Source of the DNA: an uncultured Clostridia bacterium
Lineage (GTDB): Bacteria; Bacillota; Clostridia; Oscillospirales; Ruminococcaceae
DNA: 64,000 nt
Reading direction: 5' to 3'
Assembly: GCA_947625195.1 (NCBI GenBank)
Contig: CANQNK010000003.1
Location: 41,890-105,889 of the forward strand
Part shown: positions 58,004 through 64,000 of the stretch, one piece after another
Layout: each line of letters begins with the position of its first letter
How positions within the stretch are numbered: position 1 is the first letter of the stretch
Translations under genes and position numbers: made by a program
Notes under the pieces: model-generated
The model's input: the letters and a program-made list of their open reading frames with translations, nothing else
What the model was told of the DNA's origin: nothing
The model's database searches: none

Positions 58004-58707
58004 TGACCGCTATATTCAGACGTGAGTTTATATCATACTTTACCTCTCCGATAGGCTACGTATTTCTTGCAATATTTTACTGTGCGGCGGGATTTTTCTT
58101 CACGTTGTCGTCTATCCAGCAGGGAACCACCGAGCTTAATACAGTCTTTTCTATGCTGATGTATGTGCTTATAGTTTTGATCCCCATTCTTACTATGAGA
58201 ACGTTTTCTGAGGAAAAGAAAAACAAGACTGAGCAGTGCCTGCTTACTGCACCGGTAACCCTGGGTGCAATTGTTTTCGGAAAATACTTAGCGGCGTTTT
58301 TGGTATACGCAATGGGCGTTTTGATAACGCTTGTGTTCGCGGTTATAGTCGCGGCGATATCTACTCCGGACTGGCTGCTGGTTTTCGGAAATATACTGGG
58401 ACTTATCCTTTTGGGAAGCGCGTTCATTTCAGTGGGCGTGTTTGTTTCGTCGCTTACGGAAAATCAGGTGGTATCGGCGGTTTTGTCGTTTGCGATAATG
58501 GTGATGTTATATCTGTTCTCCGCTATTGCAAGCATTATTCCGATAGACTTTATTGCAGGGATATTTACAAGCCTTTCATTTTTAGACCGATACAACGGCT
58601 TTACCTACGGTTCGTTTGATCTTTCAAATATTCTGTTCTTCCTGAGCGTTACGGCGGCATTTTTATTCTTTACGGTAAGAGTGCTTGAACGACGTCGCTG
58701 GAGCTGA
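58003..58707 (+). CDS. ABC-2 type transporter permease (GldF-like)
   Basis: A 234-aa, six-TM protein. The start overlaps the ATPase stop (TAATG). Confidence 0.8.
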   Translation: MTAIFRREFISYFTSPIGYVFLAIFYCAAGFFFTLSSIQQGTTELNTVFSMLMYVLIVLIPILTMRTFSEEKKNKTEQCLLTAPVTLGAIVFGKYLAAFLVYAMGVLITLVFAVIVAAISTPDWLLVFGNILGLILLGSAFISVGVFVSSLTENQVVSAVLSFAIMVMLYLFSAIASIIPIDFIAGIFTSLSFLDRYNGFTYGSFDLSNILFFLSVTAAFLFFTVRVLERRRWS

Positions 58708-58726
58708 GAAAAGGAGGTTTTTTGCA

Positions 58727-60391
58727 ATGAACGATGAAAATAAAATCCTCCCTGAAAGCGGAGAAGAAGTAAAAGAAGTAAAAGACAATACTGCGGCTGA
58801 TGAGACAAAAAAAAGCATTAACAAAAAAAGCCACAAAAAGCTGAAGCACGGGTCTATGGCGGCTGTGTTTACTGTGGTGTTTGTGGCGGTGCTGGTGCTT
58901 ATAAATGTTGTAGCAACGCAGATATTTGAGCGGTTTCCGCTATCCTTTGATATGACCTCCTCCTCGTCTTACTCGATATCCGACGAGACAATAGATTATG
59001 TCAAGGGACTTGACACGGACGTAAAGGTCACCGTTTTTGCCGAGAAGGAGGACTTTGATGCGGCGAATGCGTATACCCTTCAGGCGGACGAGATACTACA
59101 AAAGTATTCTCAGTACAATTCAAAGATAAAAATAGAGTATGTAGATATCTTGACAAATCCCGATGTTGTAAGCGAGTATGACGATGATTTGAACGCCTAC
59201 GATATAGTCTTTGAAACCTCGGCAAAGGGAGATGACGGAAAGGAGTACAAGAGAACCAGCGTTGTATCTCCGCTTGACCTTGTAAACTTTTCGTCGGACG
59301 TAATTGCAAGTCTTTCTCAATCGGGTATGTCAATAGAGACGATAGCCGCCGGAAATGAAATAAATTTCTTGTATACCTACTCGGTTCAGTCGCCGACATA
59401 TTCCGACGCTCAGGGTAAAAAGAAAAGCTATATAGAATCCTCAAACGCCGAGCAGGCGTTTACATCGGCGCTTATGGTGGTGACCGATTCCAACCCGACA
59501 AAGATAACCTTTCTTACCGGAAGGTCAGAGGCTGCGTCGTTAAACTATTATCAGACGCTTATGAAAGCAAACGGTTATATGGTTGACAGCGTAGATATAA
59601 CCACCGATGAAATCCCCGCAGATACTAATATTGCCGTAATTGCCGCTCCTACTGTAGACTATACCGATGGGGAGATAAAGAAGGTTTCGGACTTTTTGAA
59701 TAACGATGGCAAGCTTGGCAAGAACATTATGTATGTAGAAAGTATGAATCAGCCTGACACGCCCAAGCTTGATGAGCTTCTGGAGGAATACGGCATACAG
59801 TATGAGGACTACAGTATGTACGATACAGAGGGTGACAATGTCAGCAACATATATTTAAAGCTCAATCTTTCGGGAGAGGATTACGATTCGTTTATCAAGG
59901 ACGATTCGCTTGCGATGTATACCACGATATACACAAAGCCTATAAAGCTTCTTTACGAGGAAGAAAATATGAAAGCTACCAAGGCGCTTTTAAAGACGGC
60001 TGATACCGGATTTAAGGCAGACCTTGAGACGGGAGAAAAGATATCAAGCGGAGAGCAGGTAGCTGCGGCGGTAGGATATAAGGCGGTGTTTAACGATGAC
60101 AACACCACAAGCTATAGTCAGGTTCTTGCGCTTGGTTCCGAGTACATTTTGTACGATATGATTATGCAGGGAACGCAGTACGTCAACAGTCAGTGGATAT
60201 TAAGCGTTACTAACCATATTACAGGAAAAACAACAACCGGTATAACTATTGAGCCTTCAAAAATAGGCGGCACGCTGTTTGATCTTACAGATGCTCAGAT
60301 AAGCGCCTTTAAGTGGGTATTCAACCTTGTTATTCCCGCTATTGTTCTTATAATAGGAATCGTTGTATGGCTGAGAAGAAAGAACAGATAG
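58727..60391 (+). CDS. GldG-like ABC-transporter auxiliary protein (bitopic, large extracytoplasmic domain)
   Basis: The ATG at 58727 follows AAGGAGG. The product has an N-terminal and a C-terminal TM helix flanking about 480 aa. The gene order ATPase/permease/GldG is typical of GldAFG-like modules. Confidence 0.7.
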   Translation: MNDENKILPESGEEVKEVKDNTAADETKKSINKKSHKKLKHGSMAAVFTVVFVAVLVLINVVATQIFERFPLSFDMTSSSSYSISDETIDYVKGLDTDVKVTVFAEKEDFDAANAYTLQADEILQKYSQYNSKIKIEYVDILTNPDVVSEYDDDLNAYDIVFETSAKGDDGKEYKRTSVVSPLDLVNFSSDVIASLSQSGMSIETIAAGNEINFLYTYSVQSPTYSDAQGKKKSYIESSNAEQAFTSALMVVTDSNPTKITFLTGRSEAASLNYYQTLMKANGYMVDSVDITTDEIPADTNIAVIAAPTVDYTDGEIKKVSDFLNNDGKLGKNIMYVESMNQPDTPKLDELLEEYGIQYEDYSMYDTEGDNVSNIYLKLNLSGEDYDSFIKDDSLAMYTTIYTKPIKLLYEEENMKATKALLKTADTGFKADLETGEKISSGEQVAAAVGYKAVFNDDNTTSYSQVLALGSEYILYDMIMQGTQYVNSQWILSVTNHITGKTTTGITIEPSKIGGTLFDLTDAQISAFKWVFNLVIPAIVLIIGIVVWLRRKNR

Positions 60392-60415
60392 CATTAAAGA
60401 AACGGAGATAAGAAA

Positions 60416-61936
60416 ATGAATTCAAAGGTTAAAGGAATAATTATCTGTTTGGTGGTCTTGCTGTGCCTTGGTGTGATGCTTTTGGTGCTTAAGCTTTTAC
60501 CGGAAAAAGAAGGCGATTCATCATCAAGTGAATCTTCGTCAGAGTCTTCTGAAAGCCACGGAGACATTGATCTTTTAGCAGACGTGGCCGACAAGCTTGA
60601 AAACACTATGGTCTCGTCAATAGAATTTGAGAGCGAAAACGGCTATGTTAAAATAGAGCAGGAAAAAGCGGGCGAAGAGGGATGGAAAATAAGCAAGCTT
60701 AACGGGATAAATCAGACCAGTACCATATACTCTGCCGTGGCGAATACCGTATGCAGCCTGAAGGCCAAGGACCTTGTTGAGGAAAACGCCGGGGATATGG
60801 AAAAATACGGGCTTGTTTCTCCCCAGTCAACCTTTACCGTTACGTTTGATTTAGATAAAGGGATAAAAACAAAAACGTTTTTGATCGGAGACGAAAGCCC
60901 CGAGGACAGCTACTTTTATTTGTGCGAGTCGGGCAAGAATACCGTATATACCGTTTATTCAAGCACGCTTTCGTACTTTTTCTATACAAATGAGGACTTC
61001 GTAAGCCTTTCTATGTTGAGCGCTCTGCCAAGCGATGCCGATGAAAACTATTTCACCTCTCTGGTCGTTAAGCAAAAAGCAAGGGACTATGATATGATTT
61101 TTGAAAACGACGACGATGAAAACAGCTCTATGGTATCGTCTCAGGTCATGACATCTCCGATATTCAGCTATCTTGATATAACGAACTCATCTTCTGTTAC
61201 GCACGGAATGTGGGGACTCAACGCACAAAGAGCGGTGGTCGCTCACCCGGGTGAGGAGGATATGAAAAAATACGGCATATCAGACCCGACCGCAACGGCA
61301 AAGCTTAAATGTATAGAAGGGGAATACACCCTTACGATAGGAAATCCCGAATACGTAAAGGACAGCGAGGGCGACAACACCGAGACGATTGACGGATACT
61401 ATGCGTATATTACGGGAGTAGAGGGCGCAGACGTTATATACTATTGCTCTGCGTCAGATCTGCCCTGGGCGACATTCGGACCGTCAGACGTTATCTCTGG
61501 ACTTATGACCACGAACAACGTTGTTGACTTAAAGGGAGTAAATCTAAAAACCAAGGATATTGACATAAGCTATGCGCTTGAGATATCCGAAGAGAATGAA
61601 AACGGAAACAAGGATGTTTTAAGCGTCAAGGAAAACGGTAAGACCGAGTTAGACCCCGAGATTTGGAAGGGCTGGTATCAGCTTCTTATCCAGTGCCCGA
61701 CCGATGAAATATATTTTACCGACCCGGAGGCACAAGCTTTGTATATGACGGTGGATATTGAGCGACTGGATGGCATTACGGACGTTATGGAGATCTATAA
61801 GGAAACCGACAGAAGATATATCGTAAAGCTGAACGGCAAAACCTCTTTCAGAATAGAAAGCGGCTGGGTAGATGCTATAATCGGCGGTATTCAGAAAGTA
61901 AGAGACGGCGAGGAAATAAATGCCGATGTCTACTGA
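60416..61936 (+). CDS. DUF4340-like membrane-anchored protein
   Basis: An N-terminal TM helix, a Ser/Glu-rich linker and an extracytoplasmic region of about 450 aa. It commonly follows GldG-like genes. Confidence 0.6.
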   Translation: MNSKVKGIIICLVVLLCLGVMLLVLKLLPEKEGDSSSSESSSESSESHGDIDLLADVADKLENTMVSSIEFESENGYVKIEQEKAGEEGWKISKLNGINQTSTIYSAVANTVCSLKAKDLVEENAGDMEKYGLVSPQSTFTVTFDLDKGIKTKTFLIGDESPEDSYFYLCESGKNTVYTVYSSTLSYFFYTNEDFVSLSMLSALPSDADENYFTSLVVKQKARDYDMIFENDDDENSSMVSSQVMTSPIFSYLDITNSSSVTHGMWGLNAQRAVVAHPGEEDMKKYGISDPTATAKLKCIEGEYTLTIGNPEYVKDSEGDNTETIDGYYAYITGVEGADVIYYCSASDLPWATFGPSDVISGLMTTNNVVDLKGVNLKTKDIDISYALEISEENENGNKDVLSVKENGKTELDPEIWKGWYQLLIQCPTDEIYFTDPEAQALYMTVDIERLDGITDVMEIYKETDRRYIVKLNGKTSFRIESGWVDAIIGGIQKVRDGEEINADVY

Positions 61937-61999
61937 TTGTGACACGGTTTTTACAGATGATCTGTTATAATACAGAAACTGCAAAGGAGGGAAAGCAAC

Positions 62000-62287
62000 A
62001 TGGCAAAAGCAGGACAATTTTTCACTTACAAGGGACTTCCGCTTGTCAGAAAGGGAAAGGAAATATATTACGGTAATATGTCTGATAAGTACGTTGTTAT
62101 GATGCAGATACTTTCAACGGAAAAGCAAGGCGATTTGGACGTTGCAAACAAGATTAGACTATTCAGAATGGCTACGGATGAAACGCTTCCGCCAAACGAA
62201 AGAATAAACAAAACAGCGGAAAAGGAAAGCCTTTACGAAGCACTTGACATTGCAAACGCATGGCTTTTAAGATATTCCGCAAAGTAA
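62000..62287 (+). CDS. Hypothetical 95-aa soluble protein
   Basis: A strong RBS (AAGGAGG, 7-nt spacer) and the gene's own terminator support it. I recognise no family. Confidence 0.55.
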   Translation: MAKAGQFFTYKGLPLVRKGKEIYYGNMSDKYVVMMQILSTEKQGDLDVANKIRLFRMATDETLPPNERINKTAEKESLYEALDIANAWLLRYSAK

Positions 62288-62312
62288 TAGTAAAATGCGA
62301 TAAAACCGTTTT

Positions 62313-62344
62313 ATCCCCGGAATACTTACCGGGGATTTTTCTTT
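62313..62344 (+). terminator. Intrinsic terminator after the 95-aa gene
   Basis: ATCCCCGG (62313-62320) pairs with CCGGGGAT (62329-62336), followed by TTTTCTTT. Confidence 0.8.
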
Positions 62345-62429
62345 AAGCATATAAAAATTTCTCCCCTTGCGAAAGTTTGTAAATTGTGGTATCATAAAGA
62401 ACAGAAGAAGATTTAAGGAGTAGTAAAAA

Positions 62430-63782
62430 TTGCTGTATACGGATTTGATTTTTATATATGCCTTTTTACCGATTACGGTTTTGATAACTATGTGCGACAG
62501 AAGTACCGAGTACAAAAACCTAATTCTGGTCATTGCCTCAGTTTTCTTTTTTACGTGGGGAAAGCCTTTGTATATATGTGCCGTTTTTTTGTCTGCAATA
62601 CCCGACTGGATCTTCGGATTTCTGGCCGGCTCAAAATCAAGGAGTACAAAAATTCTAGGAGTTTTGTTGTCGGCGATTTTAAACGGAGCCTTGTTTTTGA
62701 TTATTAACTACAATTTTCTGTTTGCCGGCACGCCGCTGACCATAGAAAACTCAATACTTCCAGTGGGAATGGCCTTTTACACCGTCCGTTCGGCAAGCTA
62801 CGTTTTCGACGTTGCTTTGGAAAAAACAAAGTGCGAAAAAAATCTTTTTTGCTTTTTGACATATATGATAAACTACACGCTGCTGCTTGTGGGACCTTTC
62901 GTAAGATACGGTGACATAAGAAATCAGATAAGATTTAGAATTATAACCGGGCGTAAAATAAACGACGGGATAACCCGCTTTATTGTGGGACTGGGAAAGG
63001 CATCGGTTCTTGCGGGTGCCTTGGGCTACGTTAAGAGTGTTGGCCTTGACGTTACCGACATGACATTTTTCGGTGCGTTTCTTGGAATGGCGGCATTTGT
63101 TATGCAGGTATATTACCTGTTTTCGGGATACACTGATATGGCAATAGGGCTTGGTCTGTTAAACGGGTTTTCCTACTCGGAAAACTTTTTGCCCCTAAGA
63201 GTGAAGAACGGAGTTACCGGAGCGGTTTTCGGCTTCAACCACACGCTTATAAAGCTTGTAAACGACTGCCTGATAAGTCCTCTTTCAAGATCATCCGTTT
63301 CCGCCTGCCTTGCTACCCTGGCGTGTTCGGTGCTTATGGGGCTGTGGTACGGGTTTTCAAAACAGTTTGTGCTGTTCGGGCTGTATTTTGGAATAATAGT
63401 AATTGCGGAAACGCTCTTTTTGAAAAGACTATTAAATAAGCTCCCACGGCTTATTTGCGGAATATATACGCTGGTTTTAATATTCTTTGGCTGGAGTTTA
63501 GTGTATTTCGGAAACCTTCAGGACTATCAAATATGGCTGTCAGGTTTGTTATTTAGAGGAAGCGGTATTATATCCGAAGCGCTTATAAATGAAATTCTTG
63601 CATACTGTGCTCTTTTGGTCTTTGCGGTATTTATGCTCACGCCGTTTAAGGACAAGTTGAAAAGCTCAATAAACTCGGCGGCGGCGAAGAGCGAGCGGGC
63701 ATACGCCTGCGTCAGGGTTCTTTCAACCGCGTCGCTTTTGGCAGTGCTTTTGATGAGTACCGCATCAAGAGTGGTATATTGA
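62430..63782 (+). CDS. MBOAT-family membrane O-acyltransferase (AlgI/DltB-like, divergent)
   Basis: TTG start. The N-terminus (LYTDLIFIYAFLPITVL) is typical of MBOAT proteins. The product is a 450-aa polytopic protein, and a conserved-His region is plausible at FGFNHTL. Confidence 0.75.
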   Translation: MLYTDLIFIYAFLPITVLITMCDRSTEYKNLILVIASVFFFTWGKPLYICAVFLSAIPDWIFGFLAGSKSRSTKILGVLLSAILNGALFLIINYNFLFAGTPLTIENSILPVGMAFYTVRSASYVFDVALEKTKCEKNLFCFLTYMINYTLLLVGPFVRYGDIRNQIRFRIITGRKINDGITRFIVGLGKASVLAGALGYVKSVGLDVTDMTFFGAFLGMAAFVMQVYYLFSGYTDMAIGLGLLNGFSYSENFLPLRVKNGVTGAVFGFNHTLIKLVNDCLISPLSRSSVSACLATLACSVLMGLWYGFSKQFVLFGLYFGIIVIAETLFLKRLLNKLPRLICGIYTLVLIFFGWSLVYFGNLQDYQIWLSGLLFRGSGIISEALINEILAYCALLVFAVFMLTPFKDKLKSSINSAAAKSERAYACVRVLSTASLLAVLLMSTASRVVY

Positions 63783-63801
63783 TTCTTAAGGAGATCGGCA
63801 A

Positions 63802-64000
63802 TGGCTCAGAATAAAAAAAGCAAACTTAATATTTCCTATGACGAGCTGATAAAAAACGCTTATGTACACACTCAGAGCGAAAGTGACAAGGGCGTAAGCG
63901 AGGCTGACAGCACGCTTAAAAGCATGGCGACAGATGCAAAGAGAGGACAGTTTGACTTTATAAACGTCGCTGTTATCACCTTGTTTGTTCTTATACTGGG
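63802..64000 (+). CDS. Hypothetical membrane-anchored protein, 5' fragment (3' end lies outside the window); possible MBOAT partner
   Basis: The ATG at 63802 lies 6 nt after AAGGAGA. The frame stays open to the window edge and a TM helix begins at the end (INVAVITLFVLILG). Confidence 0.45.

Overview
This window looks like a chromosomal segment from a moderate-GC, spore-forming anaerobic Firmicute of the class Clostridia. Supporting markers are rnfCDGEAB with apbE, a GerA-type germinant receptor operon, nrdR, the yloU/yloV pair, and GH94, GH42 and GH43 glycan genes. Coding density is high, with about 62 protein genes and 2 tRNAs, and most of the content is core housekeeping.

Gene content, in order:
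- Translation: aspS (3' end) and proS.
- Carbohydrate use: a GH42 beta-galactosidase and a GH43 hydrolase.
- A VanZ-like gene and tatD.
- An L-fucose cluster: fucI, an FGGY kinase, fucU and fucA.
- A split chromate-transporter pair.
- birA-bioY, preceded by a BirA operator.
- purB, the yloV/asp23 pair, and gerA-gerB-gerC.
- A DUF421/DUF4363 pair and nrdR.
- A GH94 cellobiose phosphorylase with a mutarotase-like gene, then a DUF378 gene.
- guaB, then apbE-rnfCDGEAB preceded by an XRE regulator.
- A histidine-phosphatase-like gene, a zinc-ribbon membrane protein, zapA and a U32 peptidase.
- A degenerate dUTPase-like gene with a YdbS/YdbT-like PH-domain pair.
- tRNA-Met and tRNA-Glu, then an FAD/Rieske oxidoreductase.
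- A long run rimP-nusA-ylxR-ylxQ-infB-rbfA-nrnA-truB-ribF-gltX.
- An ABC/ABC-2/GldG-like/DUF4340 module.
- A small orphan gene followed by an MBOAT acyltransferase locus.

I saw no CRISPR array, transposase, integrase, phage genes or recognisable defence genes.

No single locus stands out as a clearly novel system. The parts least explained by known biology are:
- Two gene-free gaps of about 600 bp. One (29902-30530) holds an orphan consensus promoter plus terminator, which makes a candidate sRNA, and a perfect 17-bp inverted repeat. The other (25298-25950) holds a phased array of GTTTAAAC-like palindromes.
- The catalytically degenerate dUTPase-fold gene placed in front of the ydbS/ydbT-like pair.
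- The GldG/DUF4340 ABC module, followed by the MBOAT locus.
- A histidine phosphatase whose nucleophilic His is replaced by Asn.

All functional calls rest on motif and family recognition by eye. No database search was run.
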